Assembly: GCA_965655095.1 (NCBI GenBank)
Contig: OZ296656.1
Location: 76,694,001 to 76,758,000 of the forward strand
Reading direction: 5' to 3'
Length of the DNA stretch: 64,000 nucleotides
Source of the DNA: Haplodiscus bocki
Taxonomy: Eukaryota
Both the position numbers and the translations under genes were made by a program. The notes under the pieces were generated by a model. It searched no databases and was not told where the DNA came from. It worked only from the letters and a program-made list of their open reading frames with translations. The stretch's first letter is position 1, and every line of letters starts with the position of its first letter. Below, piece after piece: positions 1 through 13,643 of the stretch.

Positions 1-3000
1 TTCCAAACTCAAGCTCTCCTTAGGATGTAGTTTGAATGAAGAAAACCGTTTGTCGGTAGCAATTTTCATCTTCGATAATTTGGATGCCAACTTTGGGATC
101 CAATCAAACGAAAATACTTTCAAATTTGTTACTTTTACACGAAAGTAACATTTGTTTCGATTTCATTCCTATTGTATTCCTTTCGTGTTCATAGCAATTT
201 GACTTCACTGCGCTTCCATTATTATGCACTTTTAACGACCTAACTGAACGGAAAACTCACAAACTTGCAATTTTCAGAACCTTAACATTTTTCTTAACTA
301 TTTTTGCTTCGTCATTATTTCGTTTCCACTCGTATCAGTGCGAAGTTGATTGACAAGTTCTTTCGGCTTATACGTGAGATTTCCTAATCGTCAAGCACGA
401 TTACCAAGATGAGCGATCAAAATGTCCTTCGTAACTATCGCCATCATAAAATTCATGCAAAAATAAAGGTCCGAAACAAGGTATAACTTTTATCTAAAAT
501 TCAATAACTAATTAGGTCAATCATAAACGCCGGGGGTATAACATACGCAGATCCTTAAACGTGGTTTCTGAATGTAGTTTCCGAGAATAAACACTTTGTA
601 ACAATTATTTTCAATAATCATGGTCAAGAATTGCGATTCTCCGCAAGTCTTCAAATTGTCATTCGAAAATAGATTTTTGGTCACTTTGAGGAAATTTTTC
701 GAAAAGTACAAACTGTTTCCAGGGTAGAGGTGGTTATTTCGAGTTAGTACGTTCAAAGAAGTGTACTCTAACGAAGAGATGAGTTTCCTTACTGGACTCA
801 ACAAAAAGTTGGTCAATTTCATGCGAAAGTACCGTTTTTCGCCATTTCTCAAAACCCAGATCCAGCTTTTAAGTAAATTATCTGGATGTTCAGGCAAAAA
901 TTCTTAATCAGTTTCCTGGAAGAGGTTGTTAGAATCATTGTGTCAAACTTTTAGCTTCGTATCTCTTCTGGCCTGCGAGAGCGTGGTAGCAGTTTTGCAA
1001 GCCGAAATTTCCAAAAAACCGTGATTCTAGCTAGTTGTGAAAAACCGAGGCGTCCATTTTTAGCTTCTCATGCTTGTTCTATTGTTAATTTTCGTCCATG
1101 CTACTGATATGCTTCCTATTGCCAGTAGCCCGGTCGACTTCTATTGGCTATTCGTTGATTAGTGAGAAAACTGCGATTTTGGGCGTTTTTTTTTACCGAA
1201 TTCTTCCTTTGTTCTCTAAAGTGAGTAAATATAAACGATCTATTTTTTCAGAGACGTTAGGACTTCCAATTATATTCCATTTAGGAGCATTCCGAGTTTT
1301 TTCTGTTGCGCGGTTCACCCAGAAAAAAAAAGAACTCAGTTTTCAGATTTCTTCATTGAACAATTCGTTTGATACGATTTTTCCTGATCTTCCTGTAGTC
1401 CGATTTGGCTAATGTTCCAAACTCAAGCTCTCCTTAGGATGTAGTTTGAATGAAGAAAACCGTTTGTCGGTAGCAATTTTCATCTTCGATAATTTGGATG
1501 CCAACTTTGGGATCCAATCAAACGAAAATACTTTCAAATTTGTTACTTTTACACGAAAGTAACATTTGTTTCGATTTCATTCCTATTGTATTCCTTTCGT
1601 GTTCATAGCAATTTGACTTCACTGCGCTTCCATTATTATGCACTTTTAACGACCTAACTGAACGGAAAACTCACAAACTTGCAATTTTCAGAACCTTAAC
1701 ATTTTTCTTAACTATTTTTGCTTCGTCATTATTTCGTTTCCACTCGTATCAGTGCGAAGTTGATTGACAAGTTCTTTCGGCTTATACGTGAGATTTCCTA
1801 ATCGTCAAGCACGATTACCAAGATGAGCGATCAAAATGTCCTTCGTAACTATCGCCATCATAAAATTCATGCAAAAATAAAGGTCCGAAACAAGGTATAA
1901 CTTTTATCTAAAATTCAATAACTAATTAGGTCAATCATAAACGCCGGGGGTATAACATACGCAGATCCTTAAACGTGGTTTCTGAATGTAGTTTCCGAGA
2001 ATAAACACTTTGTAACAATTATTTTCAATAATCATGGTCAAGAATTGCGATTCTCCGCAAGTCTTCAAATTGTCATTCGAAAATAGATTTTTGGTCACTT
2101 TGAGGAAATTTTTCGAAAAGTACAAACTGTTTCCAGGGTAGAGGTGGTTATTTCGAGTTAGTACGTTCAAAGAAGTGTACTCTAACGAAGAGATGAGTTT
2201 CCTTACTGGACTCAACAAAAAGTTGGTCAATTTCATGCGAAAGTACCGTTTTTCGCCATTTCTCAAAACCCAGATCCAGCTTTTAAGTAAATTTTCTGGA
2301 TGTTCAGGCAAAAATTCTTAATCAGTTTCCTGGAAGAGGTTGTTAGAATCATTGTGTCAAACTTTTAGCTTCGTATCTCTTCTGGCCTGCGAGAGCGTGG
2401 TAGCAGTTTTGCAAGCCGAAATTTCCAAAAAACCGTGATTCTAGCTAGTTGTGAAAAACCGAGGCGTCCATTTTTAGCTTCTCATGCTTGTTCTATTGTT
2501 AATTTTCGTCCATGCTACTGATATGCTTCCTATTGCCAGTAGCCCGGTCGACTTCTATTGGCTATTCGTTGATTAGTGAGAAAACTGCGATTTTGGGCGT
2601 TTTTTTTTACCGAATTCTTCCTTTGTTCTCTAAAGTGAGTAAATATAAACGATCTATTTTTTCAGAGACGTTAGGACTTCCAATTATATTCCATTTAGGA
2701 GCATTCCGAGTTTTTTCTGTTGCGCGGTTCACCCAGAAAAAAAAAAGAACTCAGTTTTCAGATTTCTTCATTGAACAATTCGTTTGATACGATTTTTCCT
2801 GATCTTCCTGTAGTCCGATTTGGCTAATGTTCCAAACTCAAGCTCTCCTTAGGATGTAGTTTGAATGAAGAAAACCGTTTGTCGGTAGCAATTTTCATCT
2901 TCGATAATTTGGATGCCAACTTTGGGATCCAATCAAACGAAAATACTTTCAAATTTGTTACTTTTACACGAAAGTAACATTTGTTTCGATTTCATTCCTA

Positions 3001-4547
3001 TTGTATTCCTTTCGTGTTCATAGCAATTTGACTTCACTGCGCTTCCATTATTATGCACTTTTAACGACCTAACTGAACGGAAAACTCACAAACTTGCAAT
3101 TTTCAGAACCTTAACATTTTTCTTAACTATTTTTGCTTCGTCATTATTTCGTTTCCACTCGTATCAGTGCGAAGTTGATTGACAAGTTCTTTCGGCTTAT
3201 ACGTGAGATTTCCCAATCGTCAAGCACGATTACCAAGATGAGCGATCAAAATGTCCTTCGTAACTATCGCCATCATAAAATTCATGCAAAAATAAAGGTC
3301 CGAAACAAGGTATAACTTTTATCTAAAATTCAATAACTAATTAGGTCAATCATAAACGCCGGGGGTATAACATACGCAGATCCTTAAACGTGGTTTCTGA
3401 ATGTAGTTTCCGAGAATCAACACTTTAACAATTATTTTCAATAATCATGGTCAAGAATTGCGATTCTCCGCAAGTATTCAAATTGTCATTCGAAAAATAG
3501 ATTTTTGGTCACTTTGAGGAAATTTTTCGAAAAGTACAAACTGTTTCCAGGGTAGAGGTGGTTATTTCGAGTTAGTACGTTCAAAGAAGTGTACTCTAAC
3601 GAAGAGATGAGTTTCCTTACTGGACTCAACAAAAAGTTGGTCAATTTCATGCGAAAGTACCGTTTTTCGCCATTTCTCAAAACCCAGATCCAGCTTTTAA
3701 GTAAATTATCTGGATGTTCAGGCAAAAATTCTTAATCAGTTTCCTGGAAGAGGTTGTTAGAATCATTGTGTCAAACTTTTAGCTTCGTATCTCTTCTGGC
3801 CTGCGAGAGCGTGGTAGCAGTTTTGCAAGCCGAAATTTCCAAAAAACCGTGATTCTAGCTAGTTGTGAAAAACCGAGGCGTCCATTTTTAGCTTCTCATG
3901 CTTGTTCTATTGTTAATTTTCGTCCATGCTACTGATATGCTTCCTATTGCCAGTAGCCCGGTCGACTTCTATTGGCTATTCGTTGATTAGTGAGAAAACT
4001 GCGATTTTGGGCGTTTTTTTTACCGAATTCTTCCTTTGTTCTCTAAAGTGAGTAAATATAAACGATCTATTTTTTCAGAGACGTTAGGACTTCCAATTAT
4101 ATTCCATTTGGGAGCATTCCGAGTTTTTTCTGTTAAGCGGTTCACCCAGAAAAAAAAAGAACTCAGTTTTCAGATTTCTTCATTGAACAATTCGTTTGAT
4201 ACGATTTTTCCTGATCTTCCTGTAGTCCGATTTGGCTAATGTTCCAAACTCAAGCTCTCCTTAGGATGTAGTTTGAATGAAGAAAACCGTTTGTCGGTAG
4301 CAATTTTCATCTTCGATAATTTGGATGCCAACTTTGGGATCCAATCAAACGAAAATACTTTCAAATTTGTTACTTTTACACGAAAGTAACATTTGTTTCG
4401 ATTTCATTCCTATTGTATTCCTTTCGTGTTCATAGCAATTTGACTTCACTGCGCTTCCATTATTATGCACTTTTAACGACCTAACTGAACGGAAAACTCA
4501 CAAACTTGCAATTTTCAGAACCTTAACATTTTTCTTAACTATTTTTG
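1..4547. repeat. Tandem macrosatellite, unit ~1414 bp, at least 3.2 near-identical copies (continues off the left edge)
   Basis: The sequence ttccaaactcaagctctcc recurs at 1, 1415, 2830 and 4242 (periods 1414/1415/1412). Copies differ by only scattered SNPs and indels. Identity ends abruptly at 4547. Confidence 0.98.
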
Positions 4548-5599
4548 GACGACTTCCAGTTTTTCGATTGCGATGAAATTCACTCAACACATTCTCAATG
4601 AAATTCAGTTTTCATTAGTGAGAACCGTTGTTTTTCTATCTGTAATAGTCTTCGAGAAAAATGACATGGGTGTTCGAGTTCGAATTAAAGACAAATTTAA
4701 ATTTTATGCTGCGGTTACTTTGCGATGTTAATATACGTGCCGAGGTCACTCCAAAATAGCAAATACTTGCTGCGCTGCTTCTTCTCCAAACGTAGTGTTT
4801 ATTCTGTTCAGTATTTACCTTTCACGTATTATTCTCACCGTTCAACTTCACAAAGTTCACGCGTACTAACATAGCAAATAAGTTATAGCAAATATGGCAA
4901 AACTGATCGTCTTGGACCGACACTAATTTTGAGCTTTTCATTCGCGTACTGTTCAGGTTTCCGACATAATTTAATCGAGTACCCTCCAAGTTACGTTATA
5001 TCAGTTGATGAATAAAATTTAATGAACATTATAAATTACGCTAGCATAAATCTCACAACAGAATCAAATACAATTTGAATTTCAGTAGGCAAAAAAATTT
5101 ATGAAACAATAAATTTTACAGCATCACTGTTTTTCAGCCAACCTAAAAGCAGTCACACGCTCAACAACAGGGCCCCTTATGCATTATGATTGTTCGTTGA
5201 TTAGCTGTTATATTAAATGGTAGTCATTTAAATTTAGTCAAGTAGGGCTATACGAGCAGAGTAACCGACTTGGTAATTTCTCATACGGGACAATCAACAA
5301 CAGATCTCACAGAGCAAGCAACAAAACAGGGAAACCATTAAAACAAATAAAATTAGAAACGGAGAGTACTGCCGAAAACAAAAATTAACAGACCAAAGAC
5401 TTTACTTTTATCTCTACCTTTATCTCTTCAACTAAAATCAGTAGGCCCAGAAAACGTCGATATCTAGCGAACTAAGAGGACTTAGACCCGCTCATATTTG
5501 GTCTGGAGAAACCGGACTCAAAAAAAGTATACGAAGGCCCCACAAAATTCCCATTGTTGGGGAAGCCTGTGGTGCCTTCTCATTCCTAGATTCCAGCTA

Positions 5600-5900
5600 A
5601 TTGATGAGTTTTCACACAAAAAGCAAAAAAGAAAATTGAAACATAATATACACAATGGAAAACAGCGTCCTTAACATAGGTCCCTGAGGTACTCCATGCC
5701 AAACTGGCTCCTTAATAGAAAACGAAGTATATAACTTGTAACGTCGTCAATCTGTCAATCCTTGATCAGATTCCAAGAACTTTTCTCAAACAAGCAGTCT
5801 GTTTTGGCGAGTTGCTCTTTCTCAACAACAAAAAAACTAACTGGGGATAAATCAAGAAAAACATAGGCATCAAGCGTGCTAGGCATGCAGGTCTAAGAAA
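5600..5900 (-). pseudogene. Decayed non-LTR retrotransposon reverse transcriptase fragment (CR1/L2-like)
   Basis: The minus strand reads AYVFLDLS near 5845-5870 and then HGVPQGPMLRTLFSIVYI (GVPQG at 5695-5681). Order and spacing match RT motifs FLDLSKAFD...GVPQGSVLGP. Limits are approximate. Confidence 0.7.
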
Positions 5901-8900
5901 TTAGCATAGTTCAGAAAAGAGGAAGAGCCACTCTGACGCAACCTGGCACATAATTTTGAAATGAAGCAGACAAAAGTATCATAAAAATCGAGTTGAGAAA
6001 AGTTCGGATAAGATTTCAATCACTTAGTAGCATGTATTCGATAGCTGACGAAAGTCAATATCGACATTCACTTGCTCAGCTATCCTAGCAGTAAAAACGA
6101 CTTTCACATCTAGGAGGTCCGAAAAATAAGCATAGACAGACTACTGCTTTTACTCGCTCGGACATTTGACATCGCTCGTGATTAGCGACCCTGTAGCTCT
6201 GCTGTCAGGGCAAATGCGAAAATAGACTATCAAAACTATTATGAAGGGGATACTTGGATTGTATCACAGAAAACTGACATTTGCCATTATACTATATCGA
6301 ATTCAACTTCCGTTAAAGTTGAAAAAGTTTATATTCTCGACAAATTGTGCTGCACAGAATTGGTCAGCAACTTGAACCATCTGTGTGCAGAATTGTATTA
6401 TTATTTATTGCCGAGAGCTATAAATTGTTGTTTTCTAATGGGTGAAAAGTTATTGAAAGCTGAAAAGGATTTATTGCAGAAAAGTAACTTCAGAGCGCTA
6501 CCTATTATTACGTCAAAATTGATGGGATTCCTAAGATGCTAGGGAAGGTATTTTTGAAATCCACAATTTGCGATTCCTGCCAGTGAGTGCTTCATGCCTT
6601 TCAAAAATAGCTTTACGCCTCAACTTGACGAAAACTTCGAAACACGCTGCGAGAGTTCAATAGTATCTTTTCCACAATTTTTCAGAAAAGTCAAAACTCT
6701 TTTATGCCCCGAAGATTATTTTAATCGTGATTTTTGAGAAAAAATCTTATATTTATTGCAATATTTCTTCAGCTCTTTATTGCGCACCCCCAGCGAGTGG
6801 GAATGGGGAAGAAAAGCATTTTTTTGTGATTTCAACAGAAAGCAGGACCCTGGATGCACGAAAGATTTGGTGACTATGTGCTTCTTCAAGGGAATTTGAC
6901 GGAAGCTTTTTCTGTAAACCCTCTGGACAATCCGAAAAAGCACCACCCAGCAACTTTAATCGCCGATTATAGCCAATATTTATCTACACACATACATGGA
7001 CATGTATTTCCAGAATACAGAGGCAATAATTACACAAATCAGCCGGGAATCTAAAGCCCGGGACACTTAAAATGCACATTAGGCGTCAACTAGAGGCTTA
7101 TCTGCACATTCCATGAAATTCTTTAATTGTTATAAGAAGGTTTAAGTTATAAATTCAGATTAGAAGAGGACAAACTTGAATTAAGGCTTAAACTACATGT
7201 ACACCAAGTCATTTACGAAGACTCCAGCAACAGACTTACTCGTTCAGTTCAGTACAAGTTAAGTTAATCGTTTCAAATGATTTTAATTACAAGTATTACA
7301 TCTTGTGGAATCTTGTCTTACAATTGCATGCGTAATGCAATTCCAATTGGTCTGGAGACGTCAGACATTCCCAATATCACATTCGCCTTAATCTCTACTC
7401 TTCCTTCGCATAGCCAAATTGATGATCAAACGAAGATATTTTCAAATTCATGAAACGTTTGACGAGGGTATCAAGATGCAAGAAATCAAACACTGCTTCA
7501 TTGTCGATTAAAAATGCTTCGTTATGTGAATCTGACATCGCTCCTTCACTATAAGAGGCGACGCGGGTTTATTATAATAAACCTGAGCCGTTTATTGACA
7601 TCTATCGATAACTTTGATATGGAGCCAATATCCTTATATATCGTAGTAACTGGATTGAGTCTGAAAATAGAATGAACGAACTCGATTGAACTAGCCCTCC
7701 AAAAAAGCCATTATGAAAGTAATCCAAACTTTACATTTCAAATCATATTTTAAGACAGTTTTTCTACGATTCCCGAAGCTCTCACATTTCAGCCGGCACT
7801 GTATTAGTTTATTAAAAGTCTCATGTTCCAAGACCAAAGACTTCACAGCGTATACGTTCCAGCTTCTTCAACTCTAATCCGAAACCATAGGCTTTCCCAG
7901 ATTTTTCGTACTTTATTGACACACAGTAAAACGTTCTAAATCTCCAAAGATCCTCGGAGAAATCATACTTTGAAGTTCCTAATAAGCGGGATGGTTATAT
8001 TTAGTGGGGCTCATCTCTAACCGCAGTACACAGAGTGAAATTATTCCATGTTCACAATTTCTCTAAATCCACGCATTCCCACCACCTCAGAATGGCCACA
8101 CCCTTACCGGGATACTACTCCGGATTAGCAATTGAGAATTTTTAAATACTTCATAATCACCTGCCTTTCCAAATACTTTACCTAGAATCCTTAACCCCTG
8201 TGCCCAAACTGGAATAATATTAACGCTTCAAGATTTTTTGTCATTCCCTTTATTTCCACTACCTCATAAAGGGCCACTACTTTCCCAGATACTACTAACC
8301 TCCAGAAAAATGAGAACTTTTTTCCCACCTTATCATTGCCGCCCCTTGCCATAACTCATCATATCCTTCGTTAGAGGTATCAAAGATGAAATACTCAATT
8401 TTTTCAGTCGGAAAAAATTTCGAAAAATATTCAATTCAGTTTTCCTTTCCTGAACCTGCCCATGACGCGCAAAATTCGTGTCTGGAAAATCATTGCTGGC
8501 TTGTAAATTACATATGTGTCGTGGCACAATGGTCAAGAAGATCAGAGGTAGCATGATCGAACTCCTCTATCGGCCAATATCTTTACATGTATTCAGACTT
8601 TGTTACACATTCCTATTCTTAATAGCAAAACAGGGTTTTTCTGTAAAATTCAGGATTTTTTTGATCATTGGCATCTTTTCTCTCAAAAATTATCAGCTTC
8701 CGACATTACTGAAACAAGTCGATCTTTCTAGTGTTACTTTTTCTGAAAATTTCGAGGAAAATGACTTACATAAAAAGCCAAAAAAGTTAGAATTTTTTTG
8801 AAAAAATATGTATAAATTTACATAACTGAACTTTCGCTCTGCTTTTAGACATCAGTGTTTTTCGTTAACCTAGTTTCTCTGGAGCCCAAAACAAACTTAC

Positions 8901-9456
8901 TTCCAAAGAACAATGCTGCAATTTGTCGTTTTGTGATCCCTATAATAAGAGGCTGCCAAAAAAGCAACTGGCAATGACTTTCGTTCATGTTCAAATTCAA
9001 TCATCTCCACAAGTTTAGGGTTCACTGCTTTTATTCAGGTCTCAAACGACAGTTTTTTACTTGAGGGACACTTTACATCTGAAAATCATTCACTTTGTAC
9101 CTTGCGTTGACGAAATTGCCAAAAAACTTACCAATATTATCGGTTTCGAATTTTCAAGCTACAATTTATTTTTAACTACAGACTTGATTCAGTCAATTAA
9201 GGTTTCATGCGACAATTTTCAACTCGTGGAAGCCTATGTGATCAACCAAACACAACTTTGAACCTGCATCAGATTCGCGATGAACCGAAAATACCAATAA
9301 AAGTACCATTAATATTGACAAATATAAATTCTCAAACTCATATGTCTAAACTTCAGGTTTGACGCACGGTATCTCCAGTTCTGTATACAGCTTTGGTTGA
9401 TTTATCAACTTCCACTGAAAAAACATTTCGAAATGGAATTATTCAAAAAATAACTA

Positions 9457-10310
9457 GTTTTTAGGCGAGCGGAGCGAAGCCTTTCCGCACAAGGACACGT
9501 CAAAATGATTTGGTTTCCTCCCGCCCCTGACATCCCTCTGCGTTTCATCTGTAATTTTCTCGGCACCAATTGGTCGGATTTATCCGGTTTTTATATTACA
9601 GTACCACCGGTTCACGATCTATTTCTTTCCAATATTCTGGCCGCCGAAGGTTTTTATCCGACGGGTTATTAGCGATAAAAATTTCAACTTTCGGATTTTT
9701 TACAGAGCAAAAGGTATGTGTTTTCGAGTACTGTCTGTACATGAAGCTTAGAAATGCTGATGTTTTGCGTTAATTGATGGAGCAGCAGTCAGTTGAGTGA
9801 CGTGCTGTGATATTCATTGCCAAAATTTTTTCAGCCAGTTTTCCTTAAAGAAAACAGGGATTTTTTTTGAATTCAAATGAACGATTTGTACGATCTGTTT
9901 GACGATTCCTTGGCTCAACTGGCAATGTCGTAACTGACTGGGGCCGAAACTTCCGTAGGACAAAACTTTTTCGCCGGCGAGTTTTTGACGAGAATAACTG
10001 AAAACCCAGATTTTTTCAAAAGGAAAGTGTTAATTTGTCGCAATTCTCTGGCGTAAAAATCCATCTAAGCCATTCCAAGAATGGATTGTTTATATACTAT
10101 GAAGAGCTAGTTGCATTCTGTTTTTAACCGATAAATTTCTGATTTCTCACATTATTTTGACCGAAAAGTTTAGTGCAAAAGAGTGTATCTTCAATTGAAT
10201 ATCTGCATTATCTAAAGTTTAGCGCGTTCAGCATGTTTCCAAGTGATGCATATCACTTGAATTGAGGAACACTTTGAGCGACGTGTACAGCAGTGAGGTT
10301 TGATGCAAGT
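9457..10310 (+). mobile_element. Non-autonomous interspersed repeat, probable Helentron-derived (HINE/DINE-like) element, copy A
   Basis: Starts tttttaggcgagcggagcgaagcctttccgcacaaggacacgtcaaaat and aligns by eye over several hundred bp with the reverse complement of ~20380-21083. The T-rich start and GAGCGGAGCGAAGC head suggest the classification. The right end is approximate. Confidence 0.6.
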
Positions 10311-11449
10311 TTCGACAGCGAGCGAACTTTTCTCATGGATTATTTCCGAAAACTGTCAAAAAACAGGTTCTTAACCTTTATCGACTCTTTCAAAGACTAT
10401 TTATCCGGTTGCACAAACTAAAAAGGTGAACTGGGCTTCGTGATGCCCACTGATTTGCCTGGAGAAACAGTCAAGAGGATTTAAGGAAACGTTCGGTCGT
10501 AGATAGGTAGTCCGGCCAAGCTACCCTTGAGATGTGGAGCAATTTTTTTCAATTGTTTTCGCCCTTTGGGACAAAATACTAAGACTCTCATCTTCTGGAG
10601 AATAGCCTCGATTGTGCGTCTCCTAAGAACCTTCAGCATCTCGTGAGTGCCCATGTCACCTCGGGGTTGCACTAAAAACCTTTCAATCGAGTTTTCTGAG
10701 AATTTATCAAGAAACGGCTTTAGGACGATTTTTTTGTTTCCGGATACGTTTTTTTACTTAACATGTAGTTGTCAGTTTTTCAAACCTTGCTGCTCTGAGG
10801 CGGCATTTCATAAACAGCGGTTGACTTCCGCTGACTTTTGAAATGACAAAGGGGGCTTTCTCAGCGAAATTTTGTTTGAAGTTAGGATAGTCACCTCGAA
10901 CCTCCGCTGTTATCTCATGGTTGTACTGTCTAATCTTTCCGGATTTTGCTATATCCTCTCTGGCATTGCATAGGCATGTGATCAGCGTTGTAGTCAATGA
11001 GTTAAGTACATTCGCGAGCCTTGCGCTAAGCACCTTAGCGCTAACGTTTTTCTTTTTCTGAAACTGCCCATTAAGCACAGACTTCATATTGGAGAGCAGA
11101 ATCGTTGAATGATGCATGTGGGGTGATCTCTGTTAGGTTGCCCACAGGTACTGGGATCGAATTCCGCAACTAGCCATACTTTCTCTTAAATACATTCATA
11201 CTTTTTTAAATGCGAAAAACACTCGGTTTATTTGACAAAAATTGGGATTTTTTTATGTGGCCTTTCTTTCTCAAACTGTATCCGTTTTTCGACCTTACAG
11301 AGAAAAATAACTTTTCGTCAAATATTTCCAGAATGATGAGAAAAAAAACAGCAGCATATCATTCTGTGATCTCCCTGCTGAGGGAATGTTAAGAAACACA
11401 ACTAGCTTTGAGTTTCTCTATGTTGAAACTCAATTTTCTGCTAAAATAC

Positions 11450-13400
11450 AGGGTTCAGTTTTTTTGATCTACGACTCAATCGAGAGAGTCAACTAAAGGC
11501 GACCCATCTTTTTAGAAAAAACTTTTTTCCTGGCACCAGAATCCTGAAAGTCCGAAAATTTCAATGAGAGCTATTAATATGTACTCCTTTCGATATTCAG
11601 ACTGATATTCCCGCGAAACTACTGCCTCGAGTTCTTCCATCCAAGTCTCAATCGAAAGCCTTTCACTGGCGATGGTTTTTGAAACAGTCGATTGAATCTT
11701 GATAGTCCAAAAATAACAAGAAAACTATGCGGCTGTGGCATATGTCGATTCCCAAACTCATCTCAATAACCACAGGCTGGATTTCTCTCATCAAGATCTT
11801 AGCCAACAATTCTTTTTACTTGAGAACGAGTTTCAGTCGTAAAGTCATCGTTTCAGCTCCTTGTGTTCGAATTGTAATCGCAGAAAAATGCCAGAAAGTG
11901 CGATTAACAATGTCGTATATCGAAATTCGAACATTTATTCTCCACAACTATTGATAAAAACTAAATCACATCAAGAACTAAATCTAATGCCATCTACTTG
12001 TGCTGAAGTAATCAATAGAATTTTTTTGACTGTGTTTCTTGCCTCCGATTCCCGAAAGTCGGAAAATTCATATAAAAAAGATCCAAACATTGTATTATCT
12101 CGATATTCAATTTCATATTGCTCCGTGACTATAGCTTTGATTTCTTCAATCAATGTCTCAATCTGAATATCTTTAATTGTGGCAAGCCATTCGAGTGAAA
12201 AATTGTCGATTCAGTTTTTTGTGTTGGATTGCAAAAAGTCCCAAAATGACCAGAAAGGTTTTTCATTTTTGAATTATCTCGATTTTCAAACTGGTACTTC
12301 TCACTAACTACATGCTAGATTTCTTTTGTCAAGGTGTCAATCGACAGGTTTTTACTTATAGAGGAATTTCGGATTATAAGGTCTGGGACATTGTTCCTAG
12401 CGTTGGAAATCTGGTAGCTCGCAAATACCAAAAAAAGCTATCAGTTATGACATACCTCCGACGTTCATGCTCATACTTAACCAAAGCAACTGACATAATT
12501 TTTCGCTTCAAGGTCTCGATCTAAAGCTTCTTATTTTTGGGCGGACTACCCCAATAGTAAAAAAAATTGTTCCTCGCATTGGAACCCCAATATTCCGATT
12601 CATTTCGATTTTCAATTTCATAGATTTCATGACTTCTTACATCAGTGTCTCAATCGACATGCCTTCAATTGCCGAGAAATTTCGGATTGAAAAGTCTATA
12701 AGATTGCTCGTTGCGTAGAAATTTTGACAGCCCGGAAAAACCAACAAGGGCTATCAGTTTCAACCTTTTTATCGATCTCCAAGCTCATATAAATCCATAG
12801 CTACTGATATGATTTCTTGCCCCAGTCTCTCAATCTGAAGCCGCCTACTTGTGGCAGAAATTTCGATATGCATATCAAAGAGTTTCTTCCATGCTGTGGA
12901 ATCGTGATCGACCAGAAATGCCATTAGTGCTATTAGTCTTGACATACCTCGGTATTCTAACTCAAATTTCTTCGGTTCTACTTATTGCATCTTTCCATCA
13001 AGGTGTCAATTGAAGGGCTTTTGGTCAATCGAGACAACTTTTTGTTAAAACCTTCGGCTTAAGGAGGACTATTCGTTTCCAAAAATCATGAAATTTCTTG
13101 TCTAAATTAGAATAGGAAGCTTGATACGACACAAGTGGCAAAATGCTATTAGTACAGACATATCTCGATATTCAATATACCCTTCTCAAAAACTGAATTT
13201 TGAATTCTTCCTCCAAGGTCTGAAATGACGCTGTAATACTATTAGATAACTCTTAGGTTGAAATTTGACTTTGTTCCTTAGATTGACCGAAAAGGTCAAT
13301 GAATCCATCGAATTAATACTGTTATTCTGTCGATTTTCAAAATTATTATTGTCCAAAGCTACTGGCTGAAGTCGTTCCATCAAGGTCTCCATCGAGCTGT
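11450..13400. repeat. Highly degenerate tandem array, period ~180 bp (~10 units)
   Basis: A landmark motif (a/c)agt(c/g)tcaatc(g/t)ga recurs near 11473, 11643, 12153, 12332, 12511, 12643, 12823, 13001, 13216 and 13383. Internal blocks also align (gctatcagttatgacatacctccg vs gctattagtcttgacatacctcgg). Confidence 0.8.
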
Positions 13401-13583
13401 AAAAAATTTTGTCAAAAATGGGTTTTTTTGCTAAGGTCATTTGTTGAACGTTCGATCAATCATATCATTTTTGCTCCCTTTGACGGAATGTATCGTCTAT
13501 CACACGGTGACTGCGCCTCTAAGTTACACTTTCTCTGATTCCATTCGCTCTTACAGCTTAGGAAAAGCCAGGCCTTGTTCCTA

Positions 13584-13643
13584 ATTTGAAGACTTTCAAA
13601 CACATTTGAAGACTCTCAAACACATTTGAAGACTTCCAAACAC
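13584..13643. repeat. 20-bp minisatellite x3 (atttgaagactttcaaacac); unit 1 contains a perfect TTTGAA-N4-TTCAAA dyad, units 2-3 one mismatch
   Basis: Units start at 13584, 13604 and 13624 with 1 substitution in each of the later units. Confidence 0.9.

Noticed and set aside
517-4239. Repeated 60-126 aa ORFs in the first satellite
   Set aside because: They recur only because the DNA is repeated, have no motifs, and are broken by indels between copies.
10440-11117. Minus-strand ORFs as further LIM-gene exons or a TE gene
   Set aside because: No LIM or other recognisable motifs and no convincing splice or frame continuity.
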